Positions 26,680 to 38,534 of a stretch of DNA of 64,000 bases are shown here, piece by piece. A program made the translations under genes and the position numbers. Below the pieces are notes generated by a model. The model searched no databases. It was not told the DNA's origin and saw only the letters and a program-made list of their open reading frames with translations. The DNA is from Hypanus sabinus (taxonomy: Eukaryota): assembly GCF_030144855.1 (NCBI RefSeq), contig NC_082730.1, forward strand, positions 20,026,001 through 20,090,000, in the 5' to 3' direction. Position 1 is the stretch's first letter, and each line of letters starts with the position of its first letter.

Positions 26680-28320
26680 TCGGGCCGAGACCCACCTCGG
26701 TACAGCATCTCGGCCTCGGAATTATGGTCTAACCATTTACAAAGAGCATCGGTCCCACATCTGTTAGAAGCGGGCTGGGATGGCGAGCGGAACCGCTGAT
26801 TAAGCAGGTTGGAAGAGGCCCCGGTCTACGGGATCCGGGTGTAAATGAAGCCAGTCGTTAAACTCCAGGGAAATTAACAGCGAGTCAGTTTCATCGAAGT
26901 TGACGAGAACGCTCAGGACAGATGCCGTCAGCCTCTCTCTCCCCACCCAGTCTTTGTGCTGCAAATTTCCCCAGCGGGTGGAAAAAAAAACTTGATGCGA
27001 ACATGCAAGCAGATTTAATTAACATAATTCTTTATAGAATAAATTGCAGAAATGCTCACCACTCGGCCGGATCTGTCAACTGCCTTCTTCACTTTGCCGT
27101 AAGTGCCTTTGCCCAGGGTTTCGCGGAATTCGTAGCGGTGTTTCAGGTTGTGCTTGTGATGGTGTCGCTTCACCGCCTGTCGCTTCAGCTCGGGCGTCTG
27201 CGCCGAGGAGCGGTGGTGATCCCGGCAGCCGCTTACGGACGGGGAGCAGGCGGCACCCAGACAGGGAGAGGCTGGATCCATGCGGGGGGAGAAAGGAAGG
27301 AGATTCGAAGGGGAGACAGGGTGGAAATAAAAGTGCCGAAGACACTGCGGAGGGAGGGGGGAGAGAGAGAAGGCAGCGCTGAGTCCAGATGGTCAGAGTT
27401 TGGCGGTGAAACGGTACATATTTTGAACGCTTGCTACTGTTCCTGCATTATCCAGGTAACAGGCACACTAACATATCCTCTGACGAACACAATTGCAACA
27501 ACCCAGACCGCGGTCGCGTGTGAACCCTTCAGCAGACGCCTCATTAGCCTGTCCCCTCCCCTCGCAACACCCGGGCCAATAGCCCAGCCTCAATGCGTCG
27601 TCAATCATCCACTGGGTCTTCCTTTAACAAAGTGTATTATCAATATTAAAAATAACGAACGTCCCATTTATCCCTTCCCTCGCTGCTATGCGGGGTCCCG
27701 TCACTCCGCGTATCGGGGCACTCTTTAATCACTTGCTATTCGGCCACAAGAGGCCATAGATAATAGGCACGGGAGCCTGTGCAGTGCGGGATGATGCAGC
27801 TGGTCAATTAATTGTAATGAAAGTACAAATATTTTACGTCCCCATCGCCACCCCATCCCCTTTCTCTATCTTCTCACACACCCTTCGCCCAGATATTTTC
27901 AGGCAATCCGTGTTGTTTGAATTTGCAGCATCTGCAGATTTCCTCGTGTTTGCCGGGTGAAATCAGTTAACTGGGAACCGAGTGCGCACTGACACTGCGG
28001 GCTCACCGGGAGGTAGGTAGGGGGGGGGGGGAATAGAATAATCAGATAGTGCAAATCGCACCAGGCTTCCAGTCGGTGACCTTTATATCGAGCAGTATGT
28101 GCTTGAGGGTTGGGTCAGAATTCTGAAAATCCCAAGTAAGAATAGAATTCGGCGAAAAGTGAGACTTGGCAGGCTAGGCGAGAGATAAGCATGTTTCGAG
28201 CTGTTGAGTTGTCCCCAGAACTGGCATCCTGATTACTTGCCCGGCTAGTTTGACTTTATTGTATCGGTGATTTGTACGGAATGAAAAAAATAAAAGTGAC
28301 ACCCGACGTCATCAAAATGT
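26680..28320 (-). promoter_or_regulatory. CpG island / NUAK2 promoter region
   Basis: Clear CpG enrichment over exon 1 against CpG-depleted flanks; CCAAT near 27575, TGACG half-CRE sites near 27600 and 28310, TATAAAG on the minus strand at 28087-28081. Confidence 0.75.
27060..27281 (-). CDS. NUAK2: NUAK family SNF1-like kinase 2, coding exon 1 (74 codons)
   Basis: Encodes MDPAS...[41 protein letters not shown]: the NUAK His-rich signature plus the kinase Gly loop. Ends at a phase-0 GTGAG donor (27059). QAVKR, YEF, KVKKA and the lack of the extra residue of NUAK1 ERFSGR favour NUAK2 over NUAK1. Confidence 0.92.
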
Positions 28321-28789
28321 GTTTACAAAACTGTAAGTCTTTAGGATGAATGGGCATTTCCTGGAACTAACTAGCATGGAAAGGATACCTTCAGAACAGA
28401 AAGTCCCGTGCTGAACGAATGCATGGCTCAGAGATAAAGCCTCCTACTGTGGAATAGCAGTTGGTATTTAGAGCCGAGATCCTGATCTTATGTATTTTAA
28501 GTAGCTTTATTTTATCTTTTTATGTTTTATGTATATCTATGTGTTTATGTTTATTGCTTTCTTTATATTACTATTTTTTTTGCGCTGCATTAGATCCAGA
28601 GTAACAATTATTTCGTTCTCCAATGCCACAATCAGTCATTGATTCAAATATATCCGGCATCTTCCTCACCCATTCCGTTTGTTTCGCAGACTTTCAGGAT
28701 TACCTCGCTTGCGGGCTGAGACTCACAAAGAAGGCAAATGCAACGCGCCATTCATTTCCGGAGGACAGGAAAATTAGAGCAATTAGGCA

Positions 28790-29228
28790 CCCCTGAGGTT
28801 TTATAAGGCATCGGTCAGACTAAAATTGGAATAGTGCGAGCAGTTTTTGGCCCTGTATCGAAAGAAAGGTGTGCTGGCCCTGGAGAGGGTCCAGAAAAGG
28901 TTCAAGAGAATGATCCCAGGAATGAAAGGGTTAACATATGAGGAGCGTTTGATATCTCTGGGCCCGGTACTGATGCAGTTCAGAAAGACAAGGAGGATTT
29001 TATCCACTGGACACTGAAAGGTTTGGATAGAGTGGGCATGGAGAGGATGTTTCCTTTGGTAGGAGAGTCTAGGATTGACAGGTTCCAGGTTGGTAAAATG
29101 GGTTTAGGGTTAGGGGAGAAGACAGGAAACTGGGGTTAAAAAGAAATCAACCTTGACCTAATAGCAGAGCAAACTTGATGGGCTGAATGGCCTAATATCT
29201 TGTATCTTATATCTTGTGGTCATATGGT
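28790..29228 (+). mobile_element. CR1 3' fragment
   Basis: Encodes ALERVQKRFKRMIPGMKGLTYEERL; CR1 tail. Confidence 0.8.
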
Positions 29229-29450
29229 CTATACCCCACTGAAATCTGAAACGTCATCAGCGAGAAATCCATTGATGTTGAATCATTTTTCATCCTTGGC
29301 AATGTGTGGTTATTCCATTCTAAATGACAAGTAAATGAGTGTAGATCTTTTACTTGGGGGAACAGTACAGTATAACCAGGAGACAAGGACGAAAAAAATC
29401 CTGCCAATTGCAGTGCTAATATTCCAGACAGTGCCAGTGCAAAATCAGAC

Positions 29451-29469
29451 TGGCCACAAGGGGGAGCAG
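29451..29469 (+). promoter_or_regulatory. candidate CTCF site
   Basis: TGGCCACAAGGGGGAGCAG is close to the CTCF core consensus. Confidence 0.55.
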
Positions 29470-29734
29470 AATTCCCTGTGCACTCCCATTGGTACTCGTC
29501 AATAATATAGACACTCCAACCCAGAAGTACTGAGTTTCACAAGGTAAAAAACACAGATCTCTCCAGTAAAGATTCATCATGAGCAACATCTGGCTAATTA
29601 GAAAACATTGGTTAGTACTGCTTAGAAAATCTTAAAAACTCTGAGTCTGCAGTATTTGCAAATTTGAGAGCGTACAAACCCACCTGCTTCTTCTGATTAG
29701 CACTTTCTTGAGACTGGGGATGACTATGCTTCTA

Positions 29735-30165
29735 GATGCAGGAGGTTTTGCAGTTGCTGGAAATCTCAAGCAACACGGAGGAACTCCACAGGTCAGGCGG
29801 GATCTGTGAAGGAGAATAAGCAGTCCCAGTTTCGGGCTGGGAAGGAAAAGGGGAGAAGCCAGAATAAGAGGGTAGGGGAGGGGAAGGTGGGAACGCTAAA
29901 CGGCTGAGGAAGGAATCTGATAGGAGAGGACAGTGGAGCATGGAAGAAAGGGAAGGAGAAGGGGAACCTGGAGGAAGTGATGGGCAGGTGAGGAGAAGGG
30001 AAGAGGAGAGAGGGTAACCAGAATGGGGAAAATAAAAGCAGAGAAGGGGAAGGGGGAAGAAATTACCTGAAGCTAGAGGGTTCAATGTTCATGCTGTCAG
30101 GTTGGAGGCTTTCCAGACAGAATAATAAGCATTGTTCCTTCAACCTGAGAGTGGCCTCAGGTTAG
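29735..30165 (-). mobile_element. Penelope-like element 3' fragment
   Basis: Homologous to 40496-41000, including an LQPDSMNIE-like end. Confidence 0.75.
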
Positions 30166-30819
30166 TGAAGAGCAATGAACACTCACTTCCCATCACTATC
30201 CAGTTGGAGCAGCCATGCCCAGGTCTCGAGCAAGGGCAGGACTGGGCACTCAATGTGTCGCCCAGCCCGGATGTAAAGCTATACTGTGGCACTGCGCTGA
30301 ATTGCAAAAGGCACATGGAACCATGCCCTTGCACATCAGCAGAGGGCGAGGGACTGGAGAGTGAGACAGCACTTCCGCAGTTGTTCAGTTTGACAGATTA
30401 GTAGTTTCTTTCTCACCGAAAAATCAACTTACATTTGTTTCTCTAAGAAACTGGTTTAGTCCAAATATGGGCAGAGCAGCTTCCATCGGGTGACCCTGGG
30501 AAGGGTCTGTATGAATCCCATGGCTGCAGCGACATCAGGAACTCAGCATTGTTTTATTTTTCCTGAGTCTGTTTGACTGACATGGTGTCTGCGATTAATC
30601 ACCAGTGACATAACCATGGAAAAACAATGAGTTCCTAATCAAAACCAGAGAAGTCCCCCATTGGAATTCCTACAACAGGAAGGCATGTCTTTAGTGCTGC
30701 TATACTGTACAATACACATATTATGTTATACTCCTAGAGGGCAATTCACACTGCCTTCTCCAGTGCTGATGCCCCTGTGTGCCACTGTGTCAGCGTGTTC
30801 TAGCGGATAGCATTCCAAA

Positions 30820-31240
30820 CCTCTCACTGCTACCATTAGGCAAGACGTACAGGGGCCTTGGATCAGACACCACCAGGTTCAGAAACTGTTATTACCCTAC
30901 AACCATCAGGCTCCTGATTCAACGTGGATAACTTCGTTCACCTCATATGCTGAACTAACTCCACAACCTATAGACTCACTTTCAAGGACTCTCTAACTCA
31001 TAGACTCACTTTCAAGGACTCTCCAACTCATTTTCTCAGCATTAGTTACTTACTCTTCTAAAATTATTTGCACAATTTGTCTGCTTTTGCACATTGGTTG
31101 TTTGTCAGTTTTTGTTTATTGAAAGTTTTTCATAAATTCTATTCCTTCATTCTCCTGTAAGAAAATGATTCTCAAGCTAGATATGGTGACACAGAAGTAC
31201 TTTGATAATAATTTTACTTTGAGCCTTTGAACTTTGAAAC
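30820..31240 (+). mobile_element. Rex1/Babar LINE 3' fragment
   Basis: Same family C-terminus and ...actttgagcctttgaactttga tail; contains a 30-bp tandem duplication at 30971-31030. Confidence 0.75.
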
Positions 31241-31274
31241 TGTGGGCTTTAGAAGGAGCTAAGGACTCTTAGAG

Positions 31275-31330
31275 CAGGGGTTCCCAACTGTTTTTATGCC
31301 ATGGACCTATACCATTAAGCAAGGGGTCCA
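31275..31330. mobile_element. hAT-type MITE fragment
   Basis: caggggttcccaac terminus typical of hAT/Charlie elements. Confidence 0.55.
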
Positions 31331-31737
31331 CATCTTAGAGGCTTCAGTGCATACTCCAAGCACCTAAACCCAACCCTAACCCTGCCTGCAGTAGTGAGAG
31401 AGTTAAGCACAGTCGGATCCCTGTAGTTTTTAGCATAAAATGTCAAGCCAAGACCTCTTAGGTGAACATTAAAGATCACATGATGGTGTTTGGAGAAGAA
31501 CAAGGAAGCTTTAGGGATGCTGGCCAGCACTTAAAACCTCATGCAACAACATTCAGTCTGAAACAAAGTCATAGAGTGTTTGTAGCTTGGTGTCATATTT
31601 GACCCAGCAAAATGATTTCATCTACATACCAACGGCATGACTAAGACTACCTGTTTTCACCTTTGCAACAGCTTCTGTCTCAGCTCAATTGCTGCTGAAT
31701 CATACTTGTTTTCCACTTAAGTACACTGCGGATCTAA

Positions 31738-32150
31738 GAGACACAAGACACAGCAGATGCATGGAATCTGGAGCAACAAACAATCTGCTGGAGGAACTCA
31801 GCAACTCAGAAGGAAATGCCAGTGTTTCAGGTTGAACGCCTGTATTGGGTCTGAGAGCTGAGAAAGGAAATAGCAAAAATAGAGAGGAAAGGGGGAGTGG
31901 TGTGACAGGGGCCGGAGGTGACTGGGGGTCTGGTGGCGATGTAGGGCTTTGGTCCGTAAGGTGACAGGAAGATTGAAGTAGGTAGGGGATGTGGACAGGT
32001 GAAATTGGGGCCAGAGGCATATGGATATGAGGGGAAAAAGACAAGAAAAGGAGAGAGATGGAGCAGGGTGGTGGTGGAGAGGGGAGGGTGAAGATTGATG
32101 CAGCTGGAAGAATGATGAAAAGGAACACAAAGGCTATGAGTGTAGGAGTC
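31738..32150 (-). mobile_element. Penelope-like tail remnant
   Basis: ctgctggaggaactcagc family motif followed by a purine-rich tract. Confidence 0.6.
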
Positions 32151-32951
32151 TATTTCCCATATCCTGTCCTCTAAAGCTGCCAGGAACTAAATCCTTGCAG
32201 TACATAAAACACTTCAGATGTTGGGATCTGACCCAACTCAGCATCTATTGGAAGACAGGAATTTTCAATATTTTGGGTTAAAACCTTGGTGGCAATGCGA
32301 GAGTGTGGCCCAAACTGTCAGGCAATTCCTTTCCTTCCACAAATTCTGCTCAAGCTTTTGCATGAACAGGAAGGGAATGGAGGGATATGGATGATAAACA
32401 GGAGAACATTTAGTGTCAATCAGTGTCAGGATTGACAAGTTTGTTGGCCAGGTGGCTTGGTATTGACTGATGTTCTATGACACGTTGAGTTCCTTTCCTT
32501 CAGCAGATCGTTCCTTGCTGCCCATGTCCTGGCTTACATGATCCTCTTTTAACAAGCTGCCTCCTGAGTAGATAACTGCCCCCATTAATGAAGATCCGCA
32601 GCAGTATGCTGGCCATTGCAGAGCCTTGTATCTTAGTGGCCAATTCCAATAAAGGCAGGAATCAATGATTGCCTGTTGTATGCAGACACAGTCTTTGGCC
32701 ATCTGAGGAGAAGGCAGGTTGAAGATCAAACCATCAAACTCAACAAGCAGTTCATATTCTAACCCAGAGCAGTGATCCGTGTCCTCCTGCACCTGGACAT
32801 CTGCAGCAGATACCTTACAGCCCAGACAAGTACCAGCAAGCACCATCAATGCAAAGCTACTAAATCTATGGAATCCTCGGAATATTGTGTTCTGTTCTGG
32901 TTGCCTCATTATAGGAAGGACGTGGAAGGTTTAGAGAGGTGCAGAGGATTT

Positions 32952-33688
32952 TTGAAGTTCAAAGTAGGTATACGTCAATGTATACAACCCTGATCTTTGT
33001 TTTCTAGTGGGCATACTCAATAAATATGATAACCATAATAGAATTAGGGAAAGGTCTCACCAACAGGATGGGCAACCAGTGTACAAAGGACAACAAACTG
33101 TGTAAATACAAAGCAGAAATATTAATAATAATATTAAGTAAGCAGTAAATATTGAGAACATGAGCTGAAGAATCCTTGAAAGTGACTCTGTTGGTTCTCG
33201 GAACATTTCAATGATGGGGCGAGTGAAGTTATCCCCTCCAGTTCAGGAGCCTGATGGTTGAGGGATAATACTTCCTGAACCTGCTGGTGGGAGTCTTGTG
33301 GTTCCTGTACCTTCTTCCTGATGGCATCAGCTAGAAGAGAGCATGTGCTGGGCAGTGGGTGATGGGTGCTGCTTTCCTGTGACAAACCTCCATGTAGATG
33401 TGCTCAATGGTGGGGAGAGATATACCCTTGATGGGCTGGGCCATATCCAGACTTCTTGTAGGATATCCCATTCAAGGGCATTGATGTTTCCATGCCAGGG
33501 TGTGATACAGCCAGACAATATACTCTCCATCACACATCTACAGAAGTTTGTCAAAGTTTTAGATGTCATGCCAAATATTTGCAGAAGTCTAAGGAAGTAG
33601 AGGCGCTATTGTGTTTTCTTCATAATTGCACATGTGTGCTGGGTTCAGAACAGGTCCTGTGAAATGATCACACCGAGGAATGTAATGT
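32952..33688 (-). mobile_element. Rex1/Babar LINE 3' fragment
   Basis: KTLTNFCRCVMESILSGCITPWHGN. Confidence 0.85.
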
Positions 33689-33689
33689 T

Positions 33690-34124
33690 CCTGTCCGGAT
33701 TATAGAGTGTATATTGTGAGGGTAGATTCAGCGAGCTAGGGCTTTTCTCTTTGGAGCGAAAGAGGAGGAAGAGAGGCGACTTGATAGAGGTGTACAAGGT
33801 GATAAGAGACATAGTTAGAGCGGATGGCCAGAGACTTTTTCCTAGGGCATAGAACAAGGGATCGTAATTTTAAGATGATTGGAAGAAACCAAAAGGGGGA
33901 ATGTCAGAAGTAAGATTTGTTTACACAGGAAGTAGAGGGTGCGTAGAACACCCTTCCTGGGCTGGTGTTAGAGGCAGATACATTAGGGGTATTTAAGAAA
34001 CATTTAAATAGGCACATGGATGATAGAAAAATGGAAAGTTCTGTGGGAGGGAAGGGTTAGGTTGAAAGGAAGGCACAACATTACGGGCTGCAGGGCCTGT
34101 ACTGTGCTGTAGTGTTCGATGTTC
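33690..34124 (+). mobile_element. CR1 3' fragment
   Basis: Encodes ELGLFSLE...RGDLIEVYK; tail tgtgctgtagtgttcgatgttc. Confidence 0.8.
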
Positions 34125-34604
34125 CACAGCTGAATAAGCAAATAGGGTCTGAGCAACTCAGTGCAATTGCTGGTCTCCAATAATTCTCTGTCACTCCTAA
34201 AAGCATCCTGGTGATTAATGGGATAAGCTTGACCCTTCTGAGAAAGTTCAATCCCATGAAGGTGCAGAAGCGAATTCAATGTACAGCACTGACTAGGTAT
34301 TGCATGAGAAGTGAACTAATGCTGGCGTATTTTTCCCATCCATAGCATTGAGTCTTTAATTACCTCATTAGCTCAGCTGAACAGGCCACTCAGGTCATGT
34401 GGAGACACGAGAGGCTGCAGGTTCTGGGATCTGGGGCAGGAAAACAAACTGCTGGAAGAACCCAGCAAGTCAGACAGCATCTGTGGAAGGAAATGAAATG
34501 GGCAGTCACTGTTCTGCATCCAGATCCTTCATCTGGACTGAAAACCTCAGAGGAGGTAGCCAAGTATAAAGAGATGGAGGGAAGGGATGAAGCAAAAGTA
34601 TAAT

Positions 34605-34932
34605 AAGAGTTTAAATGTCTAATACCAGAGGGCATACATTGAAGGTGAGAGGGGGTAGATTCAAAGGGGGTGTGAGGGGTAAATCTTTTACTCAGAGAGC
34701 TGTGGATGCATGGAATGCACTGCTTGATAAGGTGGTAGAGGCAAACACATTAGGGGCTTTTAAGAGATGTTTGGATAGGCACATGAATGTGAGGAAGATG
34801 GAGGGATATGGACATCGTGTAGGTAGGAAGGGTTAGTTTGGGGAGGGTTTGATTAACTTTTTAGTTGGTTCAGCACAACATTGTGGGCCGAAGGGCCTGT
34901 TCCTGTGCTGTACTGTTCTGCGTTCCATGTTC
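34605..34932 (+). mobile_element. CR1 3' fragment nested in a Penelope remnant
   Basis: Encodes TRGHTLKVRGGRFKG...FTQRAVDAWNAL; flanks 34400-34600 and 34935-35060 are Penelope-type. Confidence 0.8.
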
Positions 34933-37024
34933 TAACAGCTGGCGAGCGATAGGGGGATCTAGGTGAAGCGGGTTGGCCAGCAGAAGGAGCAGGGGAGAGC
35001 GGAAGTAGTGACTGAAGCTGGGAGGTAGTATATGGTGACGGGGAGGATGAAGATACCTCAATCTGCCGCCTCAGAGCCCACAGAACTGAAGCTGGAGCAA
35101 GTCACCCTCAATCCTGAGGGACGGTCTAAAAAGAGCCTCAGGATATGCTAATAAGCTTGAAATACTCTGTGATCTGAGCTCCTCCTGAGCAAGAGTTTGC
35201 CAAATAGACAGAGGAAATGATTCAAGGACATTTTCAAAACTCTTTTGGGAAATTACAATATCCCCTCCAGCTCATTGGAATCGTGGGCCTAAGACCACTC
35301 AGAATTGTAGAGCATTTGGAAAGGCAGTAAAATTGCAGGCAGAATTTTAGGGTGATTGGAAGAAAGTATATGGGGGGGGGGAGGATGTCAGTGGTAGAAT
35401 TTTACACAGAGAGTGGTGAGTGCCCGGAGTGTGCCATTGGGGACAGATGCGTTAGAGGTATTTTAGATGGACACATGGATGATGGAGAGAGGTAAGGGTT
35501 AGATTGATCATTGTGGGCTGAAGGGCCTAGATAGTGCTGTAATGTTCGATGTTCTATGTAACTTTGAGTTTGTCTGTCTACAGCAAGTAGAACCAGTGAA
35601 CGTTGCTACCTCCCAAAATCACCCACCCATCCCACCTCCCACTTCACCTCCTCCAGCAATGTGTGTGGGTCCCACAGTAGCCTCATTGACACCCAAAACT
35701 GATAGAACTAAAGTGGAAGCCTGTTCTCTTGATCTCAGGGTCTGCTTAAGAAGAAGAAATGCCTTGGGACATTTTCCTCCTTTGCAAGTGCTTAATTTGT
35801 TTTTATTCTCTCCTTACTCTCCAACATTATTGTGGGAAGAATCACTACTTTGATGAGCTTGTTAAAATTCTTGTTAAAAACTACTTGAAGGCTGAGGATT
35901 TTCCCAGCTGTCTTATCCAAGTTCCCTCCTTTAATGTATTGCTGTCCCTTCACACTGTGGTGTTACAAACATTATATAAGTCCTTGTGCACAAAATATAA
36001 GTTACCCTCTCACGAAATTCAATTCAAACGCATATTTCTTTCCCTTTAACAAGCTGCAATTTTCTTCTCCCCACTTATAAAAAAAGTCTTGCTCATCTAT
36101 TATAAAGCTATTTTAATTGCTCTCATTATATGCTGTCCTGCAGTGATCCCCCCCCATCCCACCCCCCCTGTGGTAATTTTCTTTCAGGAACTGATGATAG
36201 ATCTTTCTAAAGCAAACAGTGATGTCAACATTACAAACTGTCTCTCTCCTGCTTCCTTAGCTACACAGTCCCCGATGATGTAATCCCACAGGGCCGGAGG
36301 TTATCCGGCATCTGACATCGATTGTCCTTCAGGGTCAAAGGTTAGTGCTCCTCCAGCCTCCTTTCTGTAGACCCCTCTTGACTTCAAGTACACTGTCTGC
36401 AAGTTTCATCCTCCTCCCTGTATCTTTGGCTGTGTTGAAATCAACGCTCCCACCTCCATCTCCTGCTGATTCTGCCCGAGCAGTTAAAAAAAACATGAAT
36501 CGCTTTTGGTAGTCCTTTCATCTCTTTTCCTTTATGTCTGTTACATTCTGCTGTCTTTTCTGAATGTCTCTTTTTTATTTTCCATTTGTAATTCTCAATG
36601 GAAATATTCTCCGACTGTAATACCATTCACTGTTCAGGCTCCTGGGATATGGTTGTCCTGGGGTCACTCAATGGCTCACTCTCTTCTTTTTAAATATTAC
36701 AAGAGATTTGAAAGCACTTCACATCAAACCATCTGCCTGGAGCCTCAAAGCATTAAGTTATATTGAATTACACAGGAATCACAACTTGAAAGCACTGCAT
36801 TCACCCAATTTGCTGTTCGTGTGACCTAATTACACGTTCACCCTGAGCCCTGGTCATTTACCCCCTTCATCCATCTATTTGACTGATGAATCATGAATCC
36901 TGGTGTGGCCTCCGCTTCAATCACCAGCAGCCCTCCTATCCTTGATCTTCACAGTGGGTGAAACCCATCCAGAGCCTCCCCTGCCGTGACGGTAAAAGGG
37001 GAAGGCATTTCCAAAGCACGCCGG

Positions 37025-37039
37025 CATTCCTTCCATTCC
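37025..37039 (+). promoter_or_regulatory. candidate tandem TEAD site
   Basis: CATTCC-ttc-CATTCC with a 3-nt spacer. Confidence 0.4.
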
Positions 37040-37583
37040 TCAAGCAAGCCGGTTTAGGGAAAGGACTGTCGGGATGTGTTGTTATTAGCAGCTCTGTGTG
37101 TTTCAGCTGGTTTGGGCAAGCTTTCCTCAGTAACCACATCACAAAGCCGGCAGCCCCATAGCAGCGTACCGTAGGACAACCACGCCACGCTTAAAAACCT
37201 GATCGAATAAAATCTGGACTCGGTGCCTTTTCCCAGCTCTGCTTCATTCTGTGCCCTCCCCCACCAACCCCTCTCCTTCAGCTAAGCCAACATCGTCTGT
37301 CTCAACAGTGGTGCTCTAACTCATGGCCACTCCCCTTCAGAAGGTGATACCTCAAAAAGGTGGTATCCATCATAAAGGACCCCCACCAAAAAGAATATGT
37401 CCTCTTCTCATTACTACAATCAGGGAGAAGGGACCAACATCTAGAGACCCATATTCAATGTTTTAGAAACAGCTTCTTCCCCTCCACCATCTGGTTTCTG
37501 GACAGTCCATGAACCCATGAACACTACCTCAGTAGTTTTGCTCTCCATTTGCACTACTTATTCAACTTTTTTCAAAATTACAA

Positions 37584-38118
37584 CACTGGGTGGCCACTTT
37601 ATCAGGACAAGAGTGGAACCTGGTTTGGTCTTCTGTTGCTGTAGCCCATCCACTTCAATGTCTGACGTGTGTGCATTCAGAGATGCCCTCCTCCACACCA
37701 CTGTTGTAATGAGTTGTTATTTGAGATGCTGTCGCCTTCCTGTCAGCTTGAACTAGTCTGGCCATTCTCCTCTGACTGCTCTCATTAACAAGCTGTTTTC
37801 ACCCACAGGACTGCCATTCCTGGATGCTTTTTGCTTGCTGCACCATTCCCTGTAAACCCTAGAGACTGCTGTGCATGAAAATTCCAGGAGATCAGCAGTT
37901 TTTGAGATACTCAAACTATCCCAACTGGCACCAACAATCATTCCCCGGTCAAAGTCACTTAGACCACATTTCTTCCCCATTCTGATGTCTAGTCTGAACA
38001 ACAACGGTTCCTTTTGACCATGTCTGCATCCTTTAATGCATAGAGTTGCAGCCACATGATTGGTTGATGAGATATTTGTATTAATGAGCAGGGGTACAGG
38101 TAAAGTTGCCACTGACTG
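37584..38118 (-). mobile_element. Tc1-like internally deleted transposon
   Basis: TIRs cactgggtggccactttat / taaagttgccactgactg followed by TA. Minus strand encodes MGKKCGLSDFDRGMIVGA...SISKTADLLEFSCTAVSRVYREW, a Tc1 N-terminal HTH. Splits a Rex-Babar tail. Confidence 0.85.
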
Positions 38119-38534
38119 TATGCCTCTTATTATAATTTAGAGTATATTTTATGCATTGCAATGTACTGCTGTCGCAAAGGAACAAATTTCACATCATGTG
38201 TCAGTGATAGTAAACCTGATCCTGATTCTGGATTACTTTTAAACATGTCTTCTGACTCGGTGGAGTCATGGAGTTATACCTCATTGAAACAGACCCTTTG
38301 GCCCATCTCTTCTGTGGCAGCCAAGATGTCTATCTGAACAGCAGACTGAGTTGCCTAGCATACATGCTGAGGAACACATTGAGGCTTGGTGGCAAAGGGG
38401 AACGATCACAGTCTAGGTCCCCCCACATTGAGGGGTTGAGTCTGGTGGGGAAACCTAACAGCAGAATAGTGTGTCAGCCCAGAGGGCCACATGAGTATCG
38501 ATGGTACTTTGTCAACACAGAAGAGTACAGAATG

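Larger units (their letters stand above)
5733..27059 (-). other. NUAK2: NUAK2 intron 1 (21,327 bp)
   Basis: GT..AG boundaries join the two exons in frame; the interior is repeats and unique non-coding DNA. Confidence 0.9.

Noticed and set aside
27060-27281. Assignment as NUAK1
   Set aside because: Some residues are NUAK1-like (NLKHR, SGRV, VHIRR, IYE), but QAVKR, YEF, KVKKA, QDL and the one-residue-shorter loop fit NUAK2. Phylogeny or synteny would settle it.
26922-27728. 268-aa plus-strand ORF, the longest in the window
   Set aside because: Antisense to NUAK2 exon 1 in a GC-rich island where stops are scarce; no recognisable domain.
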